Of a DNA stretch of 64,000 nucleotides, positions 7,721-18,507 are shown piece after piece. Made by a program: the position numbers and the translations under genes. The DNA comes from Coraliomargaritaceae bacterium (GTDB taxonomy: Bacteria > Verrucomicrobiota > Verrucomicrobiia > Opitutales > Coraliomargaritaceae): the NCBI GenBank assembly GCA_965656495.1, contig CBFHKU010000005.1, forward strand, positions 102,853-166,852, in the 5' to 3' direction. The notes under the pieces are model-generated. The model did no database searches, was not told the origin of the DNA, and was given only the letters and a program-made list of their open reading frames with translations. Every line of letters begins with the position of its first letter. Positions within the stretch are counted from its first letter, which is position 1.

Positions 7721-9016
7721 ATGAAAAAGCGTCGAATTATCTGCATTATTATGGGTGGAGGACGTGGAACCCGTTTGGTTCCACTGACTAAGGAACGTTG
7801 TAAACCGGCGGTGCCGCTGGCGGGCAAGTTCCGCTTGGTGGATATTCCGATCAGCAATTGCCTGAATTCGGGCATGAACCAGATTTATGTGCTAACTCAA
7901 TTCAACACCGCCTCGCTGCACCGTCATATTCAGGAGTCCTACAAATTTGATCCTTTTTCCGGGGGCTGTGTTGATATCCTCTCAGCGGAACAGACTCAGG
8001 AGGGGGAGAGTTGGTATCAGGGAACTGCGGACGCGGTGCGCCAGAATATCCACCATTTTGGTGCGACGAATGATGGTGACCTCTACGTCATTTTATCAGG
8101 CGACCAATTATATCGGATGGATTTGCAGGCGGTTGTGGCAGAGCACGATGCCTCGGGTGCCGACGTGACGATTACGGCGAAACCGGTCAATTTATCGGAG
8201 GCCTCTTCTTTGGGATTGATGCGTATTAATGAGCAATTGGAGATCACGGAATTTGTTGAGAAGCCGGATGATCCCGCAGTGATTGAGGGTTTGAAAGTGG
8301 GGGAGAACGTGCGCGAACGGATGATGGATCCGGGCGATCAAGACTACTGCCTCGCCTCGATGGGGATCTATGTTTTTAATGCGAATACTTTAAAGGAGGC
8401 GCTGAAAACCGATACCACGGATTTCGGTAAGGAGATCATTCCCGGTTTGTTGGGCAATGTTAAGCTGCAGAGCTATGTTTTTGATGATTACTGGGAGGAC
8501 ATCGGGACGGTGAAGGCATTTTTTGAGGCGAATTTGCGACTGACGGATGCAGTGCCGCCCTTTAATTTTTTCGATGAGGAGGCGCGGATTTACACCCGGG
8601 CGCGTTATCTGCCGGCGAGCAAGATCCACGGTTCCTATATTGAGCGTGCTGTGATCGGGGATGGTTCCATTGTATCGAATGCACGATTGAATCGCTGCAC
8701 GCTGGGGGTGCGCTCGGTGGTGCGGGATGCCTCGACGCTGGAACATGTGGTGATGATGGGAGCGGATTCCTATGAATCCCTGGATGACATGGTCGAGAAT
8801 CGCGATTTGGGGCGTCCGGATATCGGGATTGGGCAGAATTGCCACATCAAGAACGCGATCATCGACAAGAATGTGCGTATCGGGAACGACGTCATTCTGG
8901 ATCCGGAAGGCTTGCCGGACAATTTTGGCGATGGGGTCGACATTGCGATCCGGGACGGCGTGCTGGTGGTCTGCAAGGATGTGGTGGTGCCCGACGGATT
9001 CGTCATGAAAGCATAG
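7721..9016 (+). CDS. glgC: Glucose-1-phosphate adenylyltransferase
   Basis: GGGRGTRLVPLT, KPAVPLAGKFRLVDIPISNC, WYQGTADAVRQ, FVEKP, YWEDIGT. Confidence 0.97.
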   Translation: MKKRRIICIIMGGGRGTRLVPLTKERCKPAVPLAGKFRLVDIPISNCLNSGMNQIYVLTQFNTASLHRHIQESYKFDPFSGGCVDILSAEQTQEGESWYQGTADAVRQNIHHFGATNDGDLYVILSGDQLYRMDLQAVVAEHDASGADVTITAKPVNLSEASSLGLMRINEQLEITEFVEKPDDPAVIEGLKVGENVRERMMDPGDQDYCLASMGIYVFNANTLKEALKTDTTDFGKEIIPGLLGNVKLQSYVFDDYWEDIGTVKAFFEANLRLTDAVPPFNFFDEEARIYTRARYLPASKIHGSYIERAVIGDGSIVSNARLNRCTLGVRSVVRDASTLEHVVMMGADSYESLDDMVENRDLGRPDIGIGQNCHIKNAIIDKNVRIGNDVILDPEGLPDNFGDGVDIAIRDGVLVVCKDVVVPDGFVMKA

Positions 9017-9112
9017 ATTGCGGGACAACATATTTGCTGCCGCTAAAATTTTTACTTTGTATTTATTTAACTTAAATATATAGTTATTTGTATAGAAAGT
9101 AAAAATTAGCTT

Positions 9113-9958
9113 ATGGAAAAAATCCTGATTTGCACGGATGGTTCAGGTTATAGCATGGAGGCCTGTCACACGGGTGCTTGGTTGGCAAAAGAAACGGATG
9201 CGGTGCTGGAATTGCTCTATGTGAGCGATTTGCGGCAATTTGAAATACCGGTAATAGCGGACTTGAGCGGCAGCATCGGGGTGCAGCCCTATGATGGGAT
9301 GCTGGCGCAGATGCATGAACTGGAACGTTTGAAGTCGGATTTCATTTGGAAAGAGAGCCTTAAAATATTTGAAGCGGCGGGGCTGGCGCAGCGGGTCAGT
9401 TATCATCACGAAGTGGGGCTGCTGGTCGATTTGATTGAGCGCTATGAAGCCGAGGCGGATTTGGTTTTGTTGGGGAAGCGAGGGGAGAGTGCGCAATTTG
9501 CGAAGGAGCACATGGGCTCGATGTTGGAGCGGGTGGTGCGTGCCGCGCAGCGGCCTTGTTTGGTGACCAGTCGTAAATTCAAACCGATCGAGCGGGTCGC
9601 AGTGGCATTCGATGGCGGCGCGAGCACCCTCAAGGCGCTTGATTTTATCGCCTCGGTGGAACCCTTTCGCTCACTTGAAATACATCTCTTATCGGTGGCA
9701 GAGGGTTATCCCGAGACGCCGGCGGTACAGGCTTTGTCGAAGGCGAAGGAAATACTGGAGGGCAAAGGCCTGTCGCCGAAGTCGCAGTTATTGACGGGGG
9801 AGGTCGAATTGGCGATTGCGGATTATGTGCGGGATGCCGAGATGGATCTGCTGGTGCTGGGAGCCTATGGGCACAGTAAGATTCGCGAATTTCTCATTGG
9901 CAGCACCACCACAGAATTGCTGCGCTCCTGTCACGTTCCGGTGCTTTGCTTCCGTTGA
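9113..9958 (+). CDS. Universal stress protein with two USP domains
   Basis: KILICTDGS, LLGKRG...MGSMLERVVR, LGAYGHSKIREFLIGSTT. Confidence 0.92.
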   Translation: MEKILICTDGSGYSMEACHTGAWLAKETDAVLELLYVSDLRQFEIPVIADLSGSIGVQPYDGMLAQMHELERLKSDFIWKESLKIFEAAGLAQRVSYHHEVGLLVDLIERYEAEADLVLLGKRGESAQFAKEHMGSMLERVVRAAQRPCLVTSRKFKPIERVAVAFDGGASTLKALDFIASVEPFRSLEIHLLSVAEGYPETPAVQALSKAKEILEGKGLSPKSQLLTGEVELAIADYVRDAEMDLLVLGAYGHSKIREFLIGSTTTELLRSCHVPVLCFR

Positions 9959-10786
9959 TTATTTCCGGCGGGCGAGACGAATGACGAGGGCACCCGCCAG
10001 TATCAGGAAGATGGAATAGAACTGCCCGCGGCTCAAGCCGAAGAGCAGGCTGGCGTCGGGTTCACGAAAGCACTCGCCGATAATACGGAGGATCCCGTAG
10101 CCCAGAAGGAATTCGCCGCTCAATTGACCCACGGGAGGGCGTTGCTTCCAGAAGCGCCATTGGAGGTAGGCAAAGAGGAGGGCGCCTTCGAGGAGGGCTT
10201 GGTAAAGTTGGGAGGGATGGCGTGGTTCCGGCGCAAAGACGCCGCTCGCGGGGTCATAGACCGGAGGGCTGGCAGGAAAAATAACAGCCCAACTGACGTT
10301 TGTGACGCGTCCCCAAAGTTCACCGTTGATGAAATTCGCGATGCGCCCAAAGCAGAGTCCGAGGGGGGTAATGCTGGCAATTGCGTCGCTCAATTCAAAG
10401 AGGCGGTAACGTTTGCGGGCAAACCACACAAGAGCAAGGGAGACTCCCAGTATTCCGCCGTGGCTCGCCATCCCGCCTTGATCAACCCGGAAGAAAAGGA
10501 GTGGATTTGCGGCAAAGGCCGCGAAGTCGTAGAGGATGAGGTAGCCTAGACGACCGCCTACCAGGACACCTAAAATGACAGCGGTCATGAGGGTGCTGCG
10601 GTTATCGGCGTCGATAAGGAAACGTCCGCGGGCGTTGTAAAAGCGCAAGAGCCACCATGCCCCGAGAAAGCCGAGCAGGTAGGAGAGCCCGTAGTAACGA
10701 ATGCCCTCCAGTCCGAGGGGATTCTCGGGGAAGCGCAGAAGGAAGGGGCTCAAGTCATGAATCCAATACTGGGGATCACTTGCCAT
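9959..10786 (-). CDS. lgt: Prolipoprotein diacylglyceryl transferase
   Basis: IRYYGLSY, GGRLGY, GGMASHGG, GRIANFINGELWGR, RHPSQLYQ, FREPD. Confidence 0.97.
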   Translation of the reverse strand: MASDPQYWIHDLSPFLLRFPENPLGLEGIRYYGLSYLLGFLGAWWLLRFYNARGRFLIDADNRSTLMTAVILGVLVGGRLGYLILYDFAAFAANPLLFFRVDQGGMASHGGILGVSLALVWFARKRYRLFELSDAIASITPLGLCFGRIANFINGELWGRVTNVSWAVIFPASPPVYDPASGVFAPEPRHPSQLYQALLEGALLFAYLQWRFWKQRPPVGQLSGEFLLGYGILRIIGECFREPDASLLFGLSRGQFYSIFLILAGALVIRLARRK

Positions 10787-10883
10787 TGTTGAAAGGTATG
10801 TGGCGCGTTGACTTTAGGGCAACACACAAGTACGGGCTATTTTCTGGCTTTGACATTCCCCGCGCATCACAAATTCTTATACC

Positions 10884-11486
10884 ATGCAGTGGAGATTATT
10901 CATGATTATGTTTTGGGTGGCGGGATTCGGCACCTTCGCCGGGCATATGACCTTGGAAGCCGCTGACTCGGTACGGGTGGCGGTGGCGGATTTGACGCAG
11001 GACGTGAACAGTATGAAGCAGGAGGTGCGCGCTCTGCGCCTCGAAGTAGAGCAATTGCGCCGCGAGAATGAAAGCCTCCGCTCCGCGCTGAATTCGACTT
11101 CCGCGCAGCAGCAGTTGGCGCAATTGGCGGCGTCGCTTCAAAACCTGCGGCAGGAATTCAAACAGGCGGACAGTGCGCAGGAGCGTGCCATCATGGCAAA
11201 GGTTAAGCGGCAGATGGAATCGCTGGCGAGCCAGATGCAGACCGCGCTGGAGAGTGTTTCCAAAGCGGTGAGCAGCCAGCCTAAAATTGCGCCGCCGGTC
11301 CGTTTTACGGAGGACTATCCACAGACCGGTGTGACCTACTCGGTGCGTTCCGGCGATACCTTGACGAAAATCGCGCGCGAACACGGCTCCACTGTTAAAG
11401 ACATTCAAAACGCCAACAAAATTGCCAACCCCGCACGGGATCTGCAGGTCGGCCAATCAATTTTCATCCCGATAGCCCAACCCTAA
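10884..11486 (+). CDS. Exported coiled-coil LysM-domain protein
   Basis: Signal-like N-terminus, heptad region, C-terminal LysM YSVRSGDTLTKIA...LQVGQSIFIP. Confidence 0.88.
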   Translation: MQWRLFMIMFWVAGFGTFAGHMTLEAADSVRVAVADLTQDVNSMKQEVRALRLEVEQLRRENESLRSALNSTSAQQQLAQLAASLQNLRQEFKQADSAQERAIMAKVKRQMESLASQMQTALESVSKAVSSQPKIAPPVRFTEDYPQTGVTYSVRSGDTLTKIAREHGSTVKDIQNANKIANPARDLQVGQSIFIPIAQP

Positions 11487-12466
11487 TGTCCAGTAACAAA
11501 AGCAGACTCGGCCGCGGACTCGGCGGCCTCATCGCCGGTGCGGGAAGCGCCGCCCCTAAACCCAAAACCGCGACGCCCGCCACCAGCCCCAAAAAGGATA
11601 CTGTTGCAAAAAAGACGACCGCCGCTGCCGGCAAGCCCGCCGGTCAAAAGAATGCCGCTCCGAATGATGGGGATGGTTTCCGGGAGATTGAATTGAGCCG
11701 GATCGTTTCGAATCCGCACCAGCCGCGCCGTGAGATCAGTCAACCGCAGGTCGAGGATCTCGCTCAAAGTATTCGCTCGGAGGGTTTGATTCAACCGGTG
11801 GTGGTGCGTCCAAAGGGGAGCGGGTTTGAATTGATCGCGGGGGAGCGCCGTTTGCAGGCTTTTAAATTCCTGAAGCGCTCAAAAATTCCGGCGCGGGTGA
11901 TGGAAGTGAGCGATGCCTCCTCGGCGGCGCTTGCCTTGATTGAGAATATCCAGCGCGAGAATCTGAATCCGATAGATGAGGCTGCGGCCTATGCGAGCTT
12001 GATTCGCGACTTTGACCTCACTCAGGATGCGACCGCCAAGCGGGTAGGGAAGAGTCGGGCTGCGATTGCGAACGCCCTGCGCTTGCTGAGCTTGAGCAAT
12101 GAAATCCAAGGTTTTCTGAGCCGGCGTTTACTTTCGACGGGCCACGCCAAGGTCTTGCTGGGGGTGGAGGATGCCGCCCAGCGGAGTTTGTTGGCGCGTC
12201 GGGTCATTGAGACGGGGATGAGTGTTCGCGAGGCGGAGCAGGAGGTGCGACGTTTGAAGAACAAGAAGGGCGGGACGCAAAAACCCGGCACAAAAACCAG
12301 CACCGCCGAGGCGACTGCGATTCGCGACCTCGAGAAACGCCTGACCGAACATTTGAGCGCAAGTGTGAAGGTGCAACATGGCGCCAAGCGCGGTAAGCTC
12401 ACGATTGAATATGTGGGCAATGACGATCTTGAACGCATCCTGGAACAACTGGGTCTGAATACCTGA
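11486..12466 (+). CDS. parB: ParB/Spo0J chromosome partitioning protein
   Basis: LGRGLG, NPHQPRR, IAGERR, ENIQRENLNPIDEA, HTH VGKSRAAIANALRLL. Confidence 0.95.
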   Translation: MSSNKSRLGRGLGGLIAGAGSAAPKPKTATPATSPKKDTVAKKTTAAAGKPAGQKNAAPNDGDGFREIELSRIVSNPHQPRREISQPQVEDLAQSIRSEGLIQPVVVRPKGSGFELIAGERRLQAFKFLKRSKIPARVMEVSDASSAALALIENIQRENLNPIDEAAAYASLIRDFDLTQDATAKRVGKSRAAIANALRLLSLSNEIQGFLSRRLLSTGHAKVLLGVEDAAQRSLLARRVIETGMSVREAEQEVRRLKNKKGGTQKPGTKTSTAEATAIRDLEKRLTEHLSASVKVQHGAKRGKLTIEYVGNDDLERILEQLGLNT

Positions 12467-12477
12467 GGATTTTTTTG

Positions 12478-12942
12478 ATGCAGTACTGGTTGATGAAATC
12501 CGAGCCGGACGTTTTTTCGCTGGACGATTTAAAAAACCGACCCGGGCAACAGGAACCCTGGGACGGAGTGCGGAATTATCAGGCACGCAATTTTATGCGA
12601 GACGCCATGCAGGTGGGGGATGCGGTGCTCTTTTATCACTCCAATACCAATCCGCCGGGCATCGTGGGGCTCGCGGAAGTCGCGACGAAGCCCTATCCAG
12701 ACCCGACCGCCTTTGATAAAAAGTCCAAGTATTATGATGCGAAGAGCGACCCGGATAATCCACGCTGGATTCTGGTGGATGTGCGGTATCGCTCGACCTT
12801 TGCGCAGATGGTGAGTCTGGAGGCGATGAAGGCGATGCCGGCATTGGCGGAGATGCGGGTCTTACAACGCGGGAACCGCCTCTCGATCACTCCAGTGACA
12901 AAGGCGGAATTTGAGGCGATTTGTCGCGCGGGCGAGGGCTAG
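12478..12942 (+). CDS. EVE domain protein
   Basis: YWLMKSEP, WDGVRNYQARN, FYHS, RLSITPV. Confidence 0.95.
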   Translation: MQYWLMKSEPDVFSLDDLKNRPGQQEPWDGVRNYQARNFMRDAMQVGDAVLFYHSNTNPPGIVGLAEVATKPYPDPTAFDKKSKYYDAKSDPDNPRWILVDVRYRSTFAQMVSLEAMKAMPALAEMRVLQRGNRLSITPVTKAEFEAICRAGEG

Positions 12943-14144
12943 GAGAGACGGTCACGGAAATCGGAATAGCCGAATTCACGGATGGTTTGGAGCCCGCTTT
13001 GTTCGCTGTAGGTGCAGATGGCGGGCAGGGGCACGCCGTTGAAGGTGCTTGTTTTGACCATGGTGTAGTGCGCCATATCGAGGAAGACGAGCCGTTGCCC
13101 GACCTGCAGGGCTTCCCGGAATCCATAATCGCCCATCACGTCGCCTGCGAGGCAGGAGAGCCCGCCGAGGCGGTAGCGGTGGGGGAAATCCGCTCCTTCC
13201 CCGGCGCCCAGGATGTTGGGGCGATAGGGCATTTCCAGGACGTCGGGCATGTGGCAGGTCGCGGAGGTGTCGAGGATGGCAAGCTGCAGGTCGCCGCTTT
13301 GATGGATGTCGAGCACGGTTGAAACAAGAACGCCGCTGTGCAGGGCGACTGCTTCGCCGGGCTCAAGGTAAACCTCCAGGGCGTGCCGTGCCTTGAAATC
13401 GCGAATGACGCGAATGGCACGTTCCAAATCGTAGCCGGGCCGGGTGAGGTGGTGACCGCCGCCAAAGTTGACCCATTTCAGGCGCGGCAACAAATCGCCG
13501 AATTTTTCCTCGAAGGCGTGCACGGTTACCTCGAGGGCATCGGCGTCCTGTTCGCAAAGGGTATGGAAGTGCAGGCCATCCAGTTCGGCGATGAGGTCGC
13601 GGTTGGCAGATTTGCAGGCGGCATCGAGCACGGCGCGGGTTGTGCCGAGGCGTGAACCGGTCAAGCCGGGGTCATAGATCGGGGTTTCGACGGTGGAGCA
13701 TTCCGGATTTACGCGCAGGCCGAGGGTGGGGCGTTTGTTCGGGAGTCGCTCTAGGGCGCGGATCAGTTGTCCGGGTGAATTAAAAATGAGGCTGTGGGCA
13801 AATGCGCTGAGGGTGTCTATATCCGAGTCTTTGTAAGCGGGGGAGTAAACGTGGATTTCCCCGCCAAAGTTTTCCTTTGCGAGGAGTGCTTCATGGAGTC
13901 CGCTGGAAGTGGTGCCGCTCAGGTAGGGGCGGAGGGTGGAAAAACTGTGGTGGCAGGCAAATCCCTTTAGGGCGAGTAAAACGGTTGCCTCCGCGCGCTT
14001 GGCGAAGTCCTGGAGGAGTTGGGCATTTTCGACGAGGCGGTCGAGGTGTACCACGTAGGCAGGCGAGGGGGTCTCGTTTGCGGGAATCGCCTGCAGGGCT
14101 GCGAGTCGCGCATCGGTAAGCGGTGGTGTCGGGTCTTGAGACAT
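12939..14144 (-). CDS. nspC: Carboxynorspermidine decarboxylase
   Basis: LLALKGF, GLHFHTLCEQ, NFGGGHHLTR, EPGEA, HMPDVLEMPYRP, SCLAGD, HYTMVK. Confidence 0.95.
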   Translation of the reverse strand: MSQDPTPPLTDARLAALQAIPANETPSPAYVVHLDRLVENAQLLQDFAKRAEATVLLALKGFACHHSFSTLRPYLSGTTSSGLHEALLAKENFGGEIHVYSPAYKDSDIDTLSAFAHSLIFNSPGQLIRALERLPNKRPTLGLRVNPECSTVETPIYDPGLTGSRLGTTRAVLDAACKSANRDLIAELDGLHFHTLCEQDADALEVTVHAFEEKFGDLLPRLKWVNFGGGHHLTRPGYDLERAIRVIRDFKARHALEVYLEPGEAVALHSGVLVSTVLDIHQSGDLQLAILDTSATCHMPDVLEMPYRPNILGAGEGADFPHRYRLGGLSCLAGDVMGDYGFREALQVGQRLVFLDMAHYTMVKTSTFNGVPLPAICTYSEQSGLQTIREFGYSDFRDRLS

Positions 14145-14319
14145 TAAGAAATTGGGTTATGAACTGGGAAAGCCTAGCAATTAATAAGGATTTAGTGCAA
14201 GTGGGCAGGAGGTTGAATTTTAAGAAACTTAGGGTTGCCTTTCACTAAGGCTATTTTAATTTTATCGGTTTCTCAAATCTCCGGCATGTTCCGGAAGTAA
14301 CATTTGCAGCATCACTTTT

Positions 14320-14988
14320 ATGAATCAACTCAAGCTTAATGTCGTATCCCGTGAGGGTTCTGGAACCAGCGCGGCCCGCCGTGTTCGCGCCGCAGGATTT
14401 ATCCCAGCCAATGTTTCCGGACAGGGTAATGCCCGTGCTATCTCCGTTGGAAAACTGGATTACCGCAAACTCAGCCGTGAACTCGGCGAGGAGGCCTCCC
14501 TTATCGAATTGACCGATGATAAGGGTGAATCGATGCTCACTTTGATCCAGACGGTACAGCAGGATCCGATCAGCGGCGTAATCAACCACATCGACTTCCT
14601 GGAAGTGCGCCGCGGTGAGTCCTTTGTCACGCGGGTTCCCGTTCACCTCAAGAACGAGGACATCTGCGACGGCGTTAAAAACGGCGGTGGTGTGATTGAC
14701 TTCAAATCACACGATGTGGAAATTCGCTGCCGTCCGTCCAAGTTGCCGGAGCACGTGGTCGCGGACATCGAGGCTCTCGGAGTCGGCGATGCCATTCACA
14801 TCAGCGACCTGCCTGAAATTGAAGGGGTGGAATACCTCGGCAATGAAGTGCAGGTTATTGTATCTATCCAGCCGCCGACAGTGGCCGCGGTCGAGACGAC
14901 TGAGGAAGTCGTTGATCCGGCTGATGTTCCGGCGGATAATATTAAATCCGAAACACCGGAAGAAGGGGAGGCAACCGAGGGGGAATAA
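14320..14988 (+). CDS. rplY: 50S ribosomal protein L25/Ctc
   Basis: AARRVRAAGFIPA, HIDF, long TL5-type C-terminal domain; rplY-pth synteny. Confidence 0.95.
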   Translation: MNQLKLNVVSREGSGTSAARRVRAAGFIPANVSGQGNARAISVGKLDYRKLSRELGEEASLIELTDDKGESMLTLIQTVQQDPISGVINHIDFLEVRRGESFVTRVPVHLKNEDICDGVKNGGGVIDFKSHDVEIRCRPSKLPEHVVADIEALGVGDAIHISDLPEIEGVEYLGNEVQVIVSIQPPTVAAVETTEEVVDPADVPADNIKSETPEEGEATEGE

Positions 14989-15054
14989 ATCCCCGGCGGT
15001 CTGCATTTTCATTTTTCGGGCGGGCTACACAGCCCCACCTTTGTTCTTTCACAC

Positions 15055-15666
15055 ATGTCCATCGCGGTAATTGCCGGTCTGGGAAATCCAGGCTCAAAAT
15101 ACCAGCACACCCGCCACAATATCGGCTTTGAGGTGATTGAAGCCCTCGCTGAACGGCTGGGAGCCAAATGGAAAGCGCAGGCTAAATTCGAGTCTGAAAT
15201 CGCGGAGACCACTCACGGCGCGCAGCGGCTCCTTTTGGTCAAGCCTCAGACTTTCATGAATAACAGTGGCCGCGCGCTTGGGGCGCTGATGCGCTACCGG
15301 CGGCTCGATCCTGCAAATTTGCTGCTGATATTTGACGACATCACCCTCGATCTGGCGCGCTGTAAGCTCAGCCTCACCGGCAGCGCGGGAGGGCACAATG
15401 GCGTCGCCGATATCCTCAGCCAACTGGGGCCCGGATTCGGGCGCTTTCGGGTCGGGGTGGGTGCGAAACCCCACAAATCGATGGATCTTGCCGATCATGT
15501 CCTCAGTCAATTTTCTACTGAGGAAAAAAAACTTTTAGCGGAACAAATGCCCACTTACGTGGCGCACCTGCTTCGCATTATTGACAGTGACTTCGACACT
15601 GCCATGAATACTATAAATCAACGCAACGCATCAGAGCATGAGCGCAACCAAAACCAAAACCTATAA
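15055..15666 (+). CDS. pth: Peptidyl-tRNA hydrolase
   Basis: GLGNPG, TRHNIGF, KPQTFMN, GGHNG. Confidence 0.97.
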   Translation: MSIAVIAGLGNPGSKYQHTRHNIGFEVIEALAERLGAKWKAQAKFESEIAETTHGAQRLLLVKPQTFMNNSGRALGALMRYRRLDPANLLLIFDDITLDLARCKLSLTGSAGGHNGVADILSQLGPGFGRFRVGVGAKPHKSMDLADHVLSQFSTEEKKLLAEQMPTYVAHLLRIIDSDFDTAMNTINQRNASEHERNQNQNL

Positions 15667-15934
15667 CATCTCTTTCATTTTTGACCTTCGCGATTCGGAA
15701 GACGACACGCAGAAAGTCATTGATGATATTCAATCCATCGCGACCAGTCTTGGCGGCGAGGTAACCGGGAGTGAAATCCTCGGCATGCGGGAGTTTGCCC
15801 GTGCGGCCGACCAGCGCTTCACTCAGGGGCATTACGTGCAAATGCAGGTCAATGCTGGCCCGGGTTTACCCGCTGAGCTCAAGGAAAAGCTGCGCCACGA
15901 CCGCCGCGTAGACCGTATTTTTGTCGAGGCCTAA
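15638..15934 (+). CDS. rpsF: 30S ribosomal protein S6
   Basis: Size, S6-like pattern and position between pth and ssb; divergent sequence. Confidence 0.85.
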   Translation: MSATKTKTYNISFIFDLRDSEDDTQKVIDDIQSIATSLGGEVTGSEILGMREFARAADQRFTQGHYVQMQVNAGPGLPAELKEKLRHDRRVDRIFVEA

Positions 15935-15979
15935 GAACGGCCTCTTCTCTATCCGTCACCACCTCAACCCCACAACGTT

Positions 15980-16435
15980 ATGGCCTCCTTCAATAAAGTA
16001 ATCCTCATGGGCAACCTGACTCGCGACCCGGAAATGCGCGTGACTCCCAGTGGGCTTTCAATTTGTAAGCTGGGGCTGGCGGTTAATCGCAACTACACGA
16101 CCCGCGATGGCGAGCGCCGTGAGGAAACTACTTTTGTGGATATCGACGCGTTTGATAAACAGGCGGAGGTGATTGCCAAATATATGAGCAAAGGCAGTCC
16201 GATTCTGGTTGAGGGGCGCTTGAAATTCGACCAATGGGAAAGCGACGGCCAAAAACGGTCAAAGCTCTCGGTCGTGCTGGATCGCTTCGAGTTTGTCGGT
16301 GGATCCCGCGATCAAAATCAAGGCGGCGGTTACGAACAGAGTTCGCCCCCGGCCCGCGACTCGAAACCGGCTCCCAGCGCTCCAGCCGATAATGCCGGAG
16401 ATGCCAGCGCACTCGACGAAGACGTCCCCTTTTAA
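15980..16435 (+). CDS. ssb: Single-stranded DNA-binding protein
   Basis: NKVILMGNLTRDPE, VEGRL, C-terminal DEDVPF. Confidence 0.97.
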   Translation: MASFNKVILMGNLTRDPEMRVTPSGLSICKLGLAVNRNYTTRDGERREETTFVDIDAFDKQAEVIAKYMSKGSPILVEGRLKFDQWESDGQKRSKLSVVLDRFEFVGGSRDQNQGGGYEQSSPPARDSKPAPSAPADNAGDASALDEDVPF

Positions 16436-16489
16436 AAGCGGGACACATCAACTTTACCACAATTAACACTAGATAAATTCCAATAAATT

Positions 16490-17002
16490 ATGGCTACCAA
16501 TCAGGTACTTCTACTCAAGCCCGTTGAGGGACTCGGCGCCGAGGGCGACACCGTGACGGTTCGCTCCGGTTATGCGCGCAACTTTCTCTTGCCGCGCAAG
16601 ATTGCCCTGCCCGTCACGCAGGCCAACAAAAAACAAATGGAGGCGCTGCTCAAGGCTCGTGAAGCACGCGAGCAACAAGAACTGGAGTCCGCTCGTGAAT
16701 TGGCACAACGTATCGAAGCCATCACCATCGCAATCGCAGTCAAGACCGGTGAGGGCGGTAAAATGTTTGGTGCCGTCACTGCCAATGATTTGTTGACCCG
16801 CCTGAAGGAGGAGGGTGTGGAGCTCACAAAGAAGCAATTGCGCTTGCCGGCTCCGGTGAAGGAATTGGGTTCGCATCTTGCCAACGTCAAAATTCATGGC
16901 GATGTGGAAACTGAACTGAAGTTTGAGGTGGTTTCCGAAAACCCGATTGAGGAGTCCGCAGACGCGGCAGCGGAAGAGGAGACCCAGGAGGTCGCTGACT
17001 AA
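16490..17002 (+). CDS. rplI: 50S ribosomal protein L9
   Basis: LGAEGDTVTVRSGYARNFLLP, GKMFGAVT. Confidence 0.97.
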   Translation: MATNQVLLLKPVEGLGAEGDTVTVRSGYARNFLLPRKIALPVTQANKKQMEALLKAREAREQQELESARELAQRIEAITIAIAVKTGEGGKMFGAVTANDLLTRLKEEGVELTKKQLRLPAPVKELGSHLANVKIHGDVETELKFEVVSENPIEESADAAAEEETQEVAD

Positions 17003-17031
17003 TCCGGCGACCCCATTAACATGTTCTGCTG

Positions 17032-18477
17032 ATGCCATCCGAACCCACGTCTAAACCAAGGAATCGCGGTGGTCGTGATTTTGAGGGCGGGCGTGCGGCG
17101 CTCCAGGGTGGTGATGAATCCATAACCCGTGCCCAACCGCACAGTATTGAGGCGGAGGAAGGCTTGCTGGCCGCCTGCCTGATCGATGGCGGGCGCGAGG
17201 TCTTGACGGATTGCATCGAGGCGAAAATCCAGCCGGATTTTTTCTACAAGGAAACACACAAGCTCATCTTTCAGGCGCTCATTAAACTTTATGAAGTGGG
17301 CGACCCGATTGATGAGATCTTGCTCTATGAATACCTGAAAAAGGAAGGGCTGGATGAAAGCGTCGGCGGGATAGCCACGATTTATGCCATTCAAGACCGG
17401 ATTGAGACTGCCGCGCACGCTCGCTACTTTGCCAAGATTGTTCATGAGAAATACCTGCTGCGGCGCTTGATTCGCACTTCGCGCGAGGCGATTGAGGCCT
17501 GCTATTATCAACAGGAGGATATCAGTGGCTTTATTGAAAAGATCGAGCAGGACATCCACCAGATCAGCAGCGGTCGCATAACCGAGGGAGCGGTGCCGAT
17601 TAAAAAACCGCTGGATCAAGCGGTGAATAATATCCAAGCCCTGCTGAATGGGCGTGATGACCTGGAGGGTGTGTTGTCGGGCTTCCGGGATTTGGACGGC
17701 ATGACTTATGGTTTCCACCCCGGTCAGATGATCGTGCTGGCGGCGCGGCCCTCGGTGGGTAAAACCTCGCTTGCGATGAATTTTGCAGAACATGCGGTGA
17801 TTCCGGACGGGGGCCACAAGCCCTCCGGTGTCTTGGTCTTCAGTTTGGAAATGACGGCGGCGGATTTGGCGATGCGTTTGATTTGCAGTCGGGCGCGGGT
17901 GGATCAAAAACGTATCCGGGATCGGGTGGCTTCGGCGCAGGATCAACGCGAGATTTTCCAGGCTTCAAAGGAATTGGAGACGGTGCCGTTATGGATTGAT
18001 GATGCTTCCAGTTCCTCGATTCTCGATTTGCGCGCAAAGGCGCGGCGGGTGGATAGCAAGCACCGCTTGGGTTTAATCGTGATTGATTACCTGCAGTTGG
18101 TGCGTGGGACGGATCCACGGATGCCCCGGGAGCAACAGATTGCAGAAATTTCCCGAGGGGTGAAGGGGATGGCGAAGGAATTGAATGTTCCGGTGGTGGT
18201 GCTCAGCCAATTGAATCGTGAATCGGAGCGCGAGAACCGAGATCCGCGCTTGTCGGACCTGCGTGAATCCGGATCGATTGAGCAGGATGCGGACGTGGTT
18301 ATGATCCTGCACCGCCCGAAGAAACGGGACGATGACGAGGGTGTGGATGAAGGCGGCATGGCGGGTGATGTGGAACACATCAAGTTAATCATTGCCAAAC
18401 AGCGGAATGGGCCGATAGGTGAAGTGGATCTCACTTTCATGCGGCGATACACCCGATACGAGAATTTCCAGCGCTAA
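17032..18477 (+). CDS. dnaB: Replicative DNA helicase
   Basis: [47 protein letters not shown]; no intein. Confidence 0.98.
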   Translation: MPSEPTSKPRNRGGRDFEGGRAALQGGDESITRAQPHSIEAEEGLLAACLIDGGREVLTDCIEAKIQPDFFYKETHKLIFQALIKLYEVGDPIDEILLYEYLKKEGLDESVGGIATIYAIQDRIETAAHARYFAKIVHEKYLLRRLIRTSREAIEACYYQQEDISGFIEKIEQDIHQISSGRITEGAVPIKKPLDQAVNNIQALLNGRDDLEGVLSGFRDLDGMTYGFHPGQMIVLAARPSVGKTSLAMNFAEHAVIPDGGHKPSGVLVFSLEMTAADLAMRLICSRARVDQKRIRDRVASAQDQREIFQASKELETVPLWIDDASSSSILDLRAKARRVDSKHRLGLIVIDYLQLVRGTDPRMPREQQIAEISRGVKGMAKELNVPVVVLSQLNRESERENRDPRLSDLRESGSIEQDADVVMILHRPKKRDDDEGVDEGGMAGDVEHIKLIIAKQRNGPIGEVDLTFMRRYTRYENFQR

Positions 18478-18507
18478 CGGTCGAATTTCACCTAATCTAT
18501 TCTTATT

